From the IMG/VR virus record IMGVR_UViG_3300025626_000019, positions 6,336 through 70,335 of that record: DNA of 64,000 bases; one strand, given 5' to 3'. Positions 30,872 to 41,259 of the stretch are shown piece by piece. The stretch's first letter is position 1. Every line of letters starts with the position of its first letter. Under the pieces are notes generated by a model. It had not been told where the DNA came from, made no database searches, and saw only the letters and a program-made list of their open reading frames with translations. A program made the translations under genes and the position numbers. The stretch is from a virus.

Positions 30872-32643
30872 TGGATATTTAGGAAACGTACACCTCAAAA
30901 AAGTATCAGAGGAAGTAGAATGGACGCCAGAACTTCTTAAGGAGTTTATGAAGTGTGCCGAAGACCCTGTGTACTTTGCTAAAACTTATATTAAGATTAT
31001 CCACGTTGATAAAGGGCTAGTACCTTTTGATATGTATGATTACCAAAAAGATATTGTTCAGAAAATTAGTGATAATAGACGTGTCGCAGTTCTAACTGCT
31101 AGACAGTCTGGAGTTCATGAAGTGTGCCAATGACCCTGTGTACTTTGCTAAAACTTATATTAAGATTATCCACGTTGACAAGGGATTGGTTCCCTTTGAG
31201 ATGTATGGCTACCAAAAAGAAATTGTTCAGAAGATTACTGATAACAGACGTGTCGCAGTTCTAACTGCTAGACAGTCTGGGAAGACAACAACGGCGGCGG
31301 CTGTTATTTTACACTACGTACTATTCAACGAATACAAAACTGTTGCTATCCTTGCAAACAAAGGTGATGCTTCTCGTGAGGTTTTGGCTAGGGTTAAGTT
31401 GGCTTATGAGGCACTTCCCAGATGGCTACAGCAAGGCGTGAGTGAATGGAACAAAGGTAATATCGAACTTGAGAATGGATGTAAAATTCTTGCTGGTACG
31501 ACTTCATCTTCTGCTATCCGTGGTAAATCTATTAACTTCCTATATCTTGATGAGGTTGCATTTATTGAGGGGTACGACGAATTCTTCGCATCAGTTTATC
31601 CTACAATCTCCTCTGGTGAAAGCACAAAGCTACTAATGACATCTACACCTAATGGTCTGAACCACTTCTGGAAGACTTGTAAAGGTGCTGAAGAGCAAAC
31701 GAATGGTTATGAGTTCGTTAAGGTTATGTGGAATGATGTGCCTGGACGTGATGATTCATGGAAGAACGAGACATTAGAGGCACTAGACTTTGATCAAGAG
31801 AAATTTAACCAAGAATACTGTTGTCAGTTCTTAGGTAGCTCTGGTACGCTCATAGACAGCGCCAAACTAAAAGAATTAGCACCATCTCGCCCTATATTAG
31901 AACAAAATAATATATGTCAATACGAAGCACCAATCGAAGGTCATACATATGCTATGACATGTGACGTATCTCGTGGTAAAGGGCTTGACTATTCTACATG
32001 TAATATCATTGATATCACATCTATGCCTTATAAACAAGTTTGTACATACAGAGATAATATGGTAACACCTATTGACTTTACGGCGGTTATCTATAGATTA
32101 GGAAGACTTTACAACGAATGTGCAGTCTTGATTGAGATTAATGACATTGGAGAGCAAGTCTCTGATACATTGCTCATGGACTACGGCTATGAAAATATGC
32201 TTTCTACTGAAAGCGCTGGGCGAGCGGGTAAACGCATTTCAGCGGGATTTGGTAAGAATGTGGATAGTGGAATTAGAACAACAAAAAGTGTAAAAGCTGT
32301 TGGTTGTTCTATATTGAAGATGTTGATTGAGCAAAATCAACTAATTCTGCAGGATTTTGAAACAATACAAGAACTATCAAGGTTCTCAAAGAAAGGTGTT
32401 TCTTATGAGGCTGAATCTGGTTCCCACGATGATTTGGTAATGAACTTGGTTATCTTTGCTTGGCTCAGTGATCAAATGTATTTCAAAGATTTGACAGATA
32501 TAAACACACTTATGAAATTGAGAGAGAAGACAGAGGAACAAGTAGAACAGGAAATGTTACCTTTTGGCTTTATAGACGATGGTTCTGATGCTGATGATGT
32601 GGTTTGGCAAGATGATGAACGTGCAGGATGGGCATTATATTAA
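30858..32643 (+). CDS. gp17: Terminase large subunit gp17, split by a 169-nt duplication (ORFs 30858-31133 and 31117-32643)
   Basis: YLGN..LK; ARQSGKTT Walker A; YLDEVAF Walker B; STPNG; DVSRGKGLDYS; HDDLVM. Confidence 0.93.
30941..31280. repeat. 169-nt imperfect tandem duplication in the terminase gene
   Basis: Both copies encode EFMKCA.DPVYFAKTYIKIIHVDKGLVPF.MY.YQK.IVQKI.DNRRVAVLTARQSG with multiple substitutions. Confidence 0.9.
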
Positions 32644-32655
32644 GATGTTCTTTTG

Positions 32656-32663
32656 TATAAATA
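32656..32663 (+). promoter_or_regulatory. T4 late promoter
   Basis: TATAAATA upstream of gp18. Confidence 0.8.
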
Positions 32664-32726
32664 GAACAAGAGAAGAGAATTAACAAACTAGAATAACGTC
32701 GTTTTCAATACATAAAGGAGAAAAAT

Positions 32727-34661
32727 ATGGCTTTTTCCGTAAGTCCTTCCGTTATCGTTCGAGAAGTGGACGCTTCACAGGCAGTACCAGCCATCGCGAC
32801 TCCACCAGCCGCTATGGCAGGTGTTTTCAGATGGGGTCCAACCAATGAGCCGATACTACTTTCATCAGAGAACCAACTCGTAGACCGATTTGGCGCTCCG
32901 AATGATGCAACATATGAAACTTTCTTTGTTGCGGCTGACTTTCTGTCTTATTCCAATGCACTATACGTAGTTCGCGCCGATGATGGCTCTGAAACTGCCG
33001 TAGGTGATGATTTGGTTCTTGACGGAAACAATGCTGTCATCGAAGAAAGCTCAACATACGGTGCTTTCAAAGCAAAATACCAAGGCGCTCTTGGCAACTC
33101 ACTTGAAGTTGCATGGGTTTCTTCAACAGGTTTCAGCAATGATGTCCTTGGTGTTGGTGAAATCCCAACGAATAAAATTTCAAATAACGCAATTGATCAA
33201 GTAATTTCTTTCAATTCGGCTAATATCCAGTTTGATGTTGCTAACACACAACAATTGGATGAACTCTCAGCAGGAGACGTTCTAGTAATTGGTAACGAAT
33301 CTGTTGGTTATCAAGAGTTGAAGGTTGCTACATTCACAGAAACCGTGGGTACTGTTACAGAAGGCTCTGGCAACAGCGCAATCACATACGTTGGGGCTTA
33401 TGCTTACGACATTACATTCTCAAACAGATACACATTGGCAGAAACTGATCTTAACAAACTTTCTTTGGAGCGCAAGTGGCAACACAATACTAGCTTCTCA
33501 AGAAAACCAGATGCAGGTAATGTACACATTGCTGTTATCGATAAGACAGGTACAGTCAGTGGTACTGCGGGCTTCATGCTCGAAAAGTTTGAAAACGTAT
33601 CTACTACAGCGGGTGCTGTTACACCAGAAGGTGCTACAAATTACTACCCAACTGTAATTGATAATTTCTCATCTTGGGTTGCTATCGCAAACACAGCGGT
33701 AGTAGGTACAGCGGATACTGCAATTTCACGTTACGAAACGATGACTGGTGGTACAGACGCAACTACTGAAAGTACAGCAACACTAGCACACATTGGTTTT
33801 GCGCTAGATACACTGAAAAACTCTAACGAGATCGACATTTCCTTCGTCCTACAGGGTAAAGGCGATGATATGGCTACAAGAGCAAACTATATTGTTTCAA
33901 ACATTTGCGAAACAAGAAAAGATTGTGTGGCTTTCCTATCTCCATCTAAAGAAGCAGTTGTAGATGAACTTAAAATGAACTCAAAAATGACTAACGTACT
34001 TGCGTATCGTAATAAAGTTCAAAACTCATCTTATTCATTCATGGATAGTGGGTATAAGTATCGCTACGACAAATACAACGATCAATACCGTTGGACACCA
34101 CTGAATGGTGACATGGCAGGTCTTGCCGCTAGAGTTGAACCATGGGAATCTCCTGCTGGTTTCAGAAAAGGCGTAATCAAGAATGTTATCAAACTAGCTT
34201 TCAACCCAAGCAAGCCACATAGAGATACACTTTATGGTTCAGATGTGAACCCTGTTATCTCACAAACTGGTCAAGGCATCGTACTATTCGGTGACAAAAC
34301 TGGTCTAGGGTTGCCTTCAGCATTCGATAGATTGAATGTTCGTAGACTGTTTATCGCAGTTGAGAAAGCAATCGCAACAGCGGCTGAAAGCTTCTTGTTT
34401 GAACTTAACGATGATTTTACTCAAACACAGTTTAAAAACATTGTTGATCCATTTTTACGTGACATTCAAGGACGTCGTGGTATTATTGATTTCAGAGTTA
34501 TCTCTGATAGTACAGTCAATACTCCTGAGGTTGTTGACCAAAACAAATTCCGTGCAAGCATCTTTATCAAACCAGCACGTTCTATTAACGTCATTGAATT
34601 GACATTCGTAGCAACACGCAGTGGTATTGAGTTTGACGAAATTGTTGGTCAGATATCGTAA
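32727..34661 (+). CDS. gp18: Tail sheath protein gp18
   Basis: SPSVIVREVD, F.WGP, YDKYND.YRW.PLNGD.AGL, FDRLNVRRLF, IKPARSIN.I.L.FVA. Confidence 0.95.
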   Translation: MAFSVSPSVIVREVDASQAVPAIATPPAAMAGVFRWGPTNEPILLSSENQLVDRFGAPNDATYETFFVAADFLSYSNALYVVRADDGSETAVGDDLVLDGNNAVIEESSTYGAFKAKYQGALGNSLEVAWVSSTGFSNDVLGVGEIPTNKISNNAIDQVISFNSANIQFDVANTQQLDELSAGDVLVIGNESVGYQELKVATFTETVGTVTEGSGNSAITYVGAYAYDITFSNRYTLAETDLNKLSLERKWQHNTSFSRKPDAGNVHIAVIDKTGTVSGTAGFMLEKFENVSTTAGAVTPEGATNYYPTVIDNFSSWVAIANTAVVGTADTAISRYETMTGGTDATTESTATLAHIGFALDTLKNSNEIDISFVLQGKGDDMATRANYIVSNICETRKDCVAFLSPSKEAVVDELKMNSKMTNVLAYRNKVQNSSYSFMDSGYKYRYDKYNDQYRWTPLNGDMAGLAARVEPWESPAGFRKGVIKNVIKLAFNPSKPHRDTLYGSDVNPVISQTGQGIVLFGDKTGLGLPSAFDRLNVRRLFIAVEKAIATAAESFLFELNDDFTQTQFKNIVDPFLRDIQGRRGIIDFRVISDSTVNTPEVVDQNKFRASIFIKPARSINVIELTFVATRSGIEFDEIVGQIS

Positions 34662-34692
34662 CTAAATAAGAATAGATAAAGGAGAAAAGAGA

Positions 34693-35226
34693 ATGGCATT
34701 TAATATCAACCAGTTCAAATCAGAACTCGTCGGTGGCGGTGCGCGTCCAACTCTGTTCCAATGTCAGATTACTAACCCAATTGCCCCAGAAGCAGACATT
34801 AAAGTACCGTTTATGATACGTGCTGCTGGTATTCCAGAGTCTACTCTAGGGCAATTCACGGTTCCATACTTTGGTCGTCAGATCAAGTATGCAGGTGATA
34901 GAACATTCGCAGATTGGTCAGTGACTGTAATCAACGACGAAGACTTTGCTATCCGTAACGCAATGGAAGCTTGGTCTAACGCAATCAACTCGCATGACTC
35001 TAATTCAAGAGCCTTGCCACAAGACTACAAATCGACAGGACAAATCACCCAATTCAGTAAAGATGGGTCTGTTCTGAGAACATATATATTTGAAGGGATG
35101 TTCCCAATCGGTATCGATGGAATTCAGATGGATTGGTCACAGACCGATGCAATCGAAGAGTTTGGCATTACATTCCAATACGACCTATGGCGTGTTGAAG
35201 GTAATACTGGCGTACCGACTACATAA
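34693..35226 (+). CDS. gp19: Tail tube protein gp19
   Basis: GGGARP.LF, VPYFGR.IK.AGDRTF.DW.VTV.NDEDF.IR. Confidence 0.95.
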   Translation: MAFNINQFKSELVGGGARPTLFQCQITNPIAPEADIKVPFMIRAAGIPESTLGQFTVPYFGRQIKYAGDRTFADWSVTVINDEDFAIRNAMEAWSNAINSHDSNSRALPQDYKSTGQITQFSKDGSVLRTYIFEGMFPIGIDGIQMDWSQTDAIEEFGITFQYDLWRVEGNTGVPTT

Positions 35227-35249
35227 ATTTAGAATGAGAAAGTGATGAT

Positions 35250-36812
35250 ATGAAGATATTTGGATTCGATATCAAAAGAGAAAGCGATGAGGATGGTTTC
35301 GTACCGTCCTCATTTGCTGAACCGTCTAATGATGACGGTGCTATTACTGTTGGTAATGCAATGGGTGGTTTTTATAGCACCCTATTGGACATGGAAGGTT
35401 CTGCCAAGACAGAATCTGAATTAGTTACAAAATATAGAGGTCTGGCACAACAACCAGAAATCTCACAAGCTGTTGATGAAATTGTCAACGAAGCTATCAG
35501 TGTTGATAGTGATGAAAAAGTTGTTGAGGTAGTCCTTGACGATACGAACATGCCTGATAAGGTAAAGAATAAAGTTATTGAAGAGTTTGAAAACGTACTC
35601 TCGCTACTCGATTTCTCTAATAGTGCATATGACATTTTTAGTAAATTCTATGTAGACGGTAGAATTAACTACCACGTAATTATTGACAACGAAAACTTGA
35701 AAGAAGGTATCCGTGAGCTACGCTACGTTGATCCTCGCAAACTCAAGCTTATTCGTGAAGTAGACAAAAGAGAAAAAGACCCACACAGTGGCATTCCAGT
35801 CAAAAAGATCAAGAATGAATACTATATGTATTCTGAAAGTGGCTTTGCTCAACAAGCATCTGGTTCACAAGGTGGGACACAAGGGTTTAAGATTGCTAAA
35901 GACTCTATTGCTAGAGTGACATCGGGAATGATGACTGAAAACAATTCTCTGGTGTTGTCTTACTTACACCCATCAATTAAACCACTCAATCAGTTGAGGA
36001 TGCTTGAAGATGCGACAGTCATTTATACTCTTACACGCGCTCCTGAGAGAAGAATTTTTTATATTGACGTTGGCAACCTACCTAAATCGAAAGCTGAGCA
36101 GTATCTAAGAGATATGATGACTCGCCATAAGAATAAGTTGCAATACGACTCTTCTACAGGTGAAATCAGCGATGCACGTAAAATGATGACAATGACAGAA
36201 GATTTCTGGTTCCCACGTCGTGGTGGTGAGAGATCAACTGAAGTTGACACCATGCCAGGTGGATCAAGCGCCGCTCTAAGTTCAGATGAGAATATGCTAT
36301 ACTTCCAACGTAAGTTGTATAAATCTCTTAAGGTTCCTTTGTCAAGACTTGAGCCTGAGACTATGGCTTCGTTTGGACGTGTTTCCGAAATCACACGTGA
36401 CGAATTGAAGTTCAGCAAATTCGTGAAACGTCTCAGAAGTCGTTTCTCTTCACTCTTCACGCAGATGTTAGAAAAACAAATGGTACTTAAAGGTATCATG
36501 ACGCCAGAAGAGTTTGCGGAAATTAAGAACACTATTCGTTTTGACTTCGTACAAGACAACTACTTCACTGAATTGAAAGAAGCTGAAATTCAACGTGAGA
36601 GACTTACTACTCTACGTGAAGTTGAAGAGCATGTCGGCACATACTACTCAAGAGAGTGGGTACTAAGAAACGTACTTCGCATGTCTGACGAAGACATGAA
36701 AGAAATGAAAGAACAAATTGAGCAAGAGGCTAAAGATGCGCCAAGCGAAGATGATGAGGGCATGGCTCCTCAACAGCAAGAAGCGCCACCTCAAGACGAT
36801 GAACAAGAATAA
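35250..36812 (+). CDS. gp20: Portal protein gp20
   Basis: FYVDGR, NQLRMLEDA.VIY...RAPERRIFYIDVGNLP..KAEQY, EDFW.PRR.G. Confidence 0.96.
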   Translation: MKIFGFDIKRESDEDGFVPSSFAEPSNDDGAITVGNAMGGFYSTLLDMEGSAKTESELVTKYRGLAQQPEISQAVDEIVNEAISVDSDEKVVEVVLDDTNMPDKVKNKVIEEFENVLSLLDFSNSAYDIFSKFYVDGRINYHVIIDNENLKEGIRELRYVDPRKLKLIREVDKREKDPHSGIPVKKIKNEYYMYSESGFAQQASGSQGGTQGFKIAKDSIARVTSGMMTENNSLVLSYLHPSIKPLNQLRMLEDATVIYTLTRAPERRIFYIDVGNLPKSKAEQYLRDMMTRHKNKLQYDSSTGEISDARKMMTMTEDFWFPRRGGERSTEVDTMPGGSSAALSSDENMLYFQRKLYKSLKVPLSRLEPETMASFGRVSEITRDELKFSKFVKRLRSRFSSLFTQMLEKQMVLKGIMTPEEFAEIKNTIRFDFVQDNYFTELKEAEIQRERLTTLREVEEHVGTYYSREWVLRNVLRMSDEDMKEMKEQIEQEAKDAPSEDDEGMAPQQQEAPPQDDEQE

Positions 36813-36873
36813 TATTTAACACAAGTGTTAAATTTACATAAATAATACTAAAGAATCCAGTAGGAGAACAGAA

Positions 36874-37947
36874 ATGAAGTCCTTTAGACAAATTTTAGGT
36901 GAGGTTGCACAGCCAAAACCAGAAGAAGAACGTGCTTTTAAAGACATGCATTCTTACGAGACTATGCCACATCCAGTGGCTCTTGACCATCAGTTTACTG
37001 GTGCAATTGGTGCTGACGATCTTCCAAGAGAAAAAGCAAAGAGAATTGCTGATCAAGAAGGTGACGCTAATTACGACACTTCCTATGATGATGCATTCGA
37101 ATATGCAGGACCTTCTTTCGCTGAGCAAGTAGCTCAAAACATTACTAACAGACTTGCAGAAGGTTCAGCAATGGCTAAATCGGCGGCATTGTCAAAAGCA
37201 TCTGCGACTTCTAAAAGTGGTAAAGCTAAAGTATCATTGAAGAAAGCTCCTTGGGACAAGAATGAAGAAGTCGAACTTGATGAAGCATCTGCATCTGTCT
37301 ACAAAGACATGCCAAAAGCGCCAGGAAAAATGATTTCTAATAGAGTGCAAGTAAAAGCATTTAAAGATGCAAATGCAATGGGTGCGTTCCTTAGTAAACA
37401 AAATGACAACTCTTGGCAAGATACTGGTGTTTCTGGTTTGAAATCAGGCAAATACAAAATTGATATGGTAAAAAAAGGCGGCAAGCCATCTAAAAACTTT
37501 ATCAAGGTAAACGAAGAAGTCGAACTTGATGAAGCACCACGTCGTAAAGGCGCACCAAAGATGACTGGTGACTCTGTTGCAATTCAACGTGCAAAAGATG
37601 CAGAGCATAATAAAGCTATGGGTCGTACTAAGACTGGACGTAAGAAACCAGTACGCACAATGACTTCTACGCAAAAATCTTTAGCTTCAATGCGCAGAGA
37701 ATGTGCTGGAGAAGTAGAACTTGATGAAGGTTTCAGCCCTAAGCAAATCGAACAGTTGAAAAAAGCATATGCAAGCATGCCTGATCGTGTTCCTATGGAC
37801 ATGGCGCAGAAAATGGGTGCAATGTTGAAGAAGCGTAGCAAAGAAGAGTTGATTGCAATCGCTCGTGCTGACATCAAATGGCTTTCAACAACAGCGGCTA
37901 CTAACCTAATCATGCAAGGTGTTAAAGCCTCAGAGATTAATGGGTAA
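36874..37947 (+). CDS. Putative prohead core/internal head polyprotein
   Basis: Lies between gp20 and gp21; N-terminus MKSFRQILGE resembles the T4 capsid-targeting sequence; EVELDE x3. Confidence 0.6.
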   Translation: MKSFRQILGEVAQPKPEEERAFKDMHSYETMPHPVALDHQFTGAIGADDLPREKAKRIADQEGDANYDTSYDDAFEYAGPSFAEQVAQNITNRLAEGSAMAKSAALSKASATSKSGKAKVSLKKAPWDKNEEVELDEASASVYKDMPKAPGKMISNRVQVKAFKDANAMGAFLSKQNDNSWQDTGVSGLKSGKYKIDMVKKGGKPSKNFIKVNEEVELDEAPRRKGAPKMTGDSVAIQRAKDAEHNKAMGRTKTGRKKPVRTMTSTQKSLASMRRECAGEVELDEGFSPKQIEQLKKAYASMPDRVPMDMAQKMGAMLKKRSKEELIAIARADIKWLSTTAATNLIMQGVKASEING

Positions 37948-37953
37948 AATGAT

Positions 37954-39201
37954 ATGAAAACGTTTAAGCAAATTGTAGAAAATATTGTAGTCCTTGATGA
38001 AGCAGTCATGGATCAAAAGATGTGGGATCGAACTAAGAAGGGTGATAAACTCACTATTAGTTATGACTCAGGCATCAAAAAAGGCAACAAGACTACATTT
38101 GTTGTAGGAACGAAAAATATTGTTGGTAAAGCTAAAGTTGGCAAGATCACAATGAAAAGAGAAGATGGCAAGGGCGGTAAGTTCTTCCTATACAACCGTA
38201 ATGGTAATATCTCTTTGGCGTTGGGCGACATGGCGGCTTCTATGACTGGTCTAGTTAAAGAATCTGTAGAAGTAGAACTTGATGAACGCAACTATGCTAA
38301 AGAGTATGCAAACTACCATAGCAAACCAGAGCAAATTGCAAACCGTTCTTCAAGAAACAAAGCACGTAGAATTATGGCTAAAGAGAATGATGTTGACGGT
38401 ATGGATGTTGGGCATGCGGATAATAATCCATTGAATAATGATCCTGCAAACTTACGTATCGAAAATCCAAGTGATAATCGTCGTGAGCCACGTATGCGTA
38501 GCGAAGGTACTTGGGCAACTCCTGACACTCCTAAGAAAAAAATGACATTGAAGAAAATATTATCTAAGCCACTTAAAGCAAAAGATGCTGAAGATGTTAT
38601 GTATAGCATTATTGGGGATGATGAACTTTTTGATGCGTTTGGTGAAGCTAAGCCAAATGAAGATGTTCGTTCACTCATTAAATCACGCATGAAAGAAATG
38701 GGCATTAAAGAAGACTTGGATGAAGGTAAGAATGACAAATACCCTCTTTACCACAAAGATTTCTCAGGTGCTATGAAAACAGCATACGATCACGCTAAGA
38801 AAAATCTTGGTGTAATTGTTGACCCATCAGAGATTGATGACAAGGTTGCAATGGGACCTAAAAAGCCAAGCACAGGTAAGACAAACTCTTATCGTTTGAC
38901 AGACAAAAGCGGTAAGAAAGCTATCCAAGTACAGGTATACAACACTGGTAAAAGCTATGAGTTGAACATGTATAAAGAAGACTTGGATGAGGCTGTTGAA
39001 CTTGATGAAGCATTCAAAGCTGGTGGTCTTAAGTTAAAAGATGGCAAGCAAGTGATGGTCAAAAAAGATGATGCAATGATGTTGAATGACCTCATGAAGC
39101 AACTTAGCAAGCCAAATGTCAAGAAGATGACAGACACTGCTATGAAGAATAAAAAAGGCTATGAAGAAATTCTTGGCTTTGCAAGAGACAGTCACGAATA
39201 A
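37954..39201 (+). CDS. Putative internal head polyprotein with an HNH-like module
   Basis: N-terminus MKTFKQIVE; LDE sites x5; DVGHADNNPLNNDPANLRIENPSDNR. Confidence 0.6.
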   Translation: MKTFKQIVENIVVLDEAVMDQKMWDRTKKGDKLTISYDSGIKKGNKTTFVVGTKNIVGKAKVGKITMKREDGKGGKFFLYNRNGNISLALGDMAASMTGLVKESVEVELDERNYAKEYANYHSKPEQIANRSSRNKARRIMAKENDVDGMDVGHADNNPLNNDPANLRIENPSDNRREPRMRSEGTWATPDTPKKKMTLKKILSKPLKAKDAEDVMYSIIGDDELFDAFGEAKPNEDVRSLIKSRMKEMGIKEDLDEGKNDKYPLYHKDFSGAMKTAYDHAKKNLGVIVDPSEIDDKVAMGPKKPSTGKTNSYRLTDKSGKKAIQVQVYNTGKSYELNMYKEDLDEAVELDEAFKAGGLKLKDGKQVMVKKDDAMMLNDLMKQLSKPNVKKMTDTAMKNKKGYEEILGFARDSHE

Positions 39202-39443
39202 TGGCTTGGGTGGATGTTTTAGGATCAGAGCATCCTGTGTCGAATACTTGCATATGGGAATATGATAATGCGGCGACAGCGGCAGATACATACGCAGATG
39301 CTAATGGAACAACGGCTGCAGGTGTGAGAACATTTACACCGCCTAACGGAAGCACACAGACAACATATGTCAAAGTGCGTAAGAAGGGCGAGACAATTGA
39401 GCGTGGTGAATTGAGTAAAACATATTACGATGCAAGAATATAA
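39201..39443 (+). CDS. Hypothetical protein
   Basis: TAATG-coupled 80-aa ORF. Confidence 0.6.
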   Translation: MAWVDVLGSEHPVSNTCIWEYDNAATAADTYADANGTTAAGVRTFTPPNGSTQTTYVKVRKKGETIERGELSKTYYDARI

Positions 39444-39458
39444 ATAATAGTATAAATA
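39439..39458 (+). promoter_or_regulatory. Tandem T4 late promoters
   Basis: TATAAATA at 39439-39446 and 39451-39458. Confidence 0.75.
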
Positions 39459-39486
39459 CAACTATAGTGTTTAAAGGAATAGAAAT

Positions 39487-40176
39487 ATGAGACTAATTAC
39501 AGAAGTAGTAGAGGATTGCAATGTAGCAACCGAAATTAACGAAGAAACAGGAAAAAAATCCTATTTCGTTGAAGGTATCTTCATGCAAGGTGATATTAAA
39601 AACCGTAATGGTCGCATCTACCCTGCACAGATACTTGAGAATGAGATGGTACGTTACAATAAAGACTTTATTGGAACAAAACGTGCCTTGGGAGAACTAG
39701 GTCATCCAGATGGTCCTACCATCAATGGTGATCGTGTTTCTCACCTCATTACAGAAATGAAACGTGAGGGTTCAAACTTCATTGGTAAAGCCAAAATTCT
39801 TGGTACTCCAATGGGCGAGATCGTAAAAACTTTCATGGATGAAGGCGTTACCATTGGTGTATCCACTCGTGGTTTGGGTTCAGTTAAGCCAACAAAAGAT
39901 GGAATTATGGAAGTTCAAAATGACTTTCACCTAGCGACTGTTGACATCGTAACAGACCCATCAGGTCCTAATTGTTTTGTCAATGGTATCATGGAAAACG
40001 CTGAATACTATTACGATATAGCTTCTGGTAACTGGATTGCTCAGGAACCAATTGAACAAGTTATTGAAGAAATACAACAGGTAGTAGAGAAAGAAGTAAG
40101 TCGTATCGTTCGTCGTGTTGACGAAGCCACAGCTAAAAAGCTGTTCGAGCGCTTTATTCAGTCTCTGAAGAATTGA
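39487..40176 (+). CDS. gp21: Prohead protease gp21
   Basis: EGIFMQ...NRNGR.Y, ALGELGHP, GVSTRGLGS, D.V.DPS. Confidence 0.95.
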   Translation: MRLITEVVEDCNVATEINEETGKKSYFVEGIFMQGDIKNRNGRIYPAQILENEMVRYNKDFIGTKRALGELGHPDGPTINGDRVSHLITEMKREGSNFIGKAKILGTPMGEIVKTFMDEGVTIGVSTRGLGSVKPTKDGIMEVQNDFHLATVDIVTDPSGPNCFVNGIMENAEYYYDIASGNWIAQEPIEQVIEEIQQVVEKEVSRIVRRVDEATAKKLFERFIQSLKN

Positions 40177-40188
40177 AAGTAACAAAAT

Positions 40189-40196
40189 TATAAATA
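40189..40196 (+). promoter_or_regulatory. T4 late promoter
   Basis: TATAAATA upstream of gp22. Confidence 0.75.
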
Positions 40197-40232
40197 ATAG
40201 CAATAAAGTATCCAAATAAAGGAGTAGAACAT

Positions 40233-41189
40233 ATGTCTAACGACCTAGAAGAAAAGTTCGTATCTGACGATGGGGTTTCAACTGTTGAAGACCCAACGAC
40301 ACCAGAAGGCGGCGCAATCAAAAAGAAAAAAGCAGACGTAGCTAAAAAAGTCGATCCAAAGGCTGACAAAGTTGCACCTGCACCAGTAGCAGAAGACGCA
40401 GTTGATGAGACTGCCGAAGTTGTTGCAGAAGAAGTTATCGAATATGAAGCTGGTCTTGCGGCTATGTTTGAAGGCATGGATTTGTCTGAAGAATTTACAA
40501 GCAAAGTATCTGTAGTATTTGAAGCGGCTGTAAACGAAGCGGCTACTGCTAAAGCAGACGCTATCATTGCAGAAAAAACAGAAGCTCTTGCAATTTCTAT
40601 GAAAGAAGCATCTGACGCATCAATTGATAACGTTGTAGAAAATCTTGATTCTTACCTTGACTACGTTGTAGAAGAGTGGATGAAAGAAAATGAATTGGCA
40701 ATCGAAGCTGGTATTAAAGTAGAGATGGCTGAATCGTTAATGGACGGACTAGCAACATTGTTCGAAGAGCATAACATCGAAGTCAACGAAGATACTGTTG
40801 ACGTAGTAAAAGGCTTGGAAGAAGAAGTTGAAGGTCTTAAGGCTGACGCTAACAAAACAATCACTGAAAACGTAGCTCTTGCAAAAGAGATCGCTTCATT
40901 GAAAGCAGACGCGGCTTTTGAAGAAATGACTGAAGGTCTTACACTTACACAAGTAGAACGCCTAAAGGTTCTTTCAGAGAAACTAGCTTTCGACGATTTG
41001 GAAGCTTACAAATCTGATCTTACAACACTTAAAGAGTCTTTCTTTGCAAAGAGCAAGCCTTTGGTAGAAGAAGTAGCAGAAGAAGAAGAAATCATTGTTG
41101 AAGATACAGCCGTTAAACAGCCAGTATCAGAATACAGCAACATCAATGCTCTTCTTGAAGGCTTCGACAGAATGCCAACAAAACGTTAA
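40233..41189 (+). CDS. gp22: Prohead core scaffold protein gp22
   Basis: LSEEF..K...VFEAAV, YLDYVVEEWM.EN..AIE.G...E.AES. Confidence 0.92.
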   Translation: MSNDLEEKFVSDDGVSTVEDPTTPEGGAIKKKKADVAKKVDPKADKVAPAPVAEDAVDETAEVVAEEVIEYEAGLAAMFEGMDLSEEFTSKVSVVFEAAVNEAATAKADAIIAEKTEALAISMKEASDASIDNVVENLDSYLDYVVEEWMKENELAIEAGIKVEMAESLMDGLATLFEEHNIEVNEDTVDVVKGLEEEVEGLKADANKTITENVALAKEIASLKADAAFEEMTEGLTLTQVERLKVLSEKLAFDDLEAYKSDLTTLKESFFAKSKPLVEEVAEEEEIIVEDTAVKQPVSEYSNINALLEGFDRMPTKR

Positions 41190-41217
41190 ACTAAACCCCA
41201 GATGAAAATCTAATTAT

Positions 41218-41225
41218 TATAAATA
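41218..41225 (+). promoter_or_regulatory. T4 late promoter
   Basis: TATAAATA upstream of gp23. Confidence 0.8.
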
Positions 41226-41259
41226 AACTCAGACAATACAAACAAGGAGATAGAATCAC

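Noticed and set aside
30858-31280. Intron or intein in the terminase
   Set aside because: The interruption is a duplicate of terminase coding sequence, with no intron core or intein motifs.
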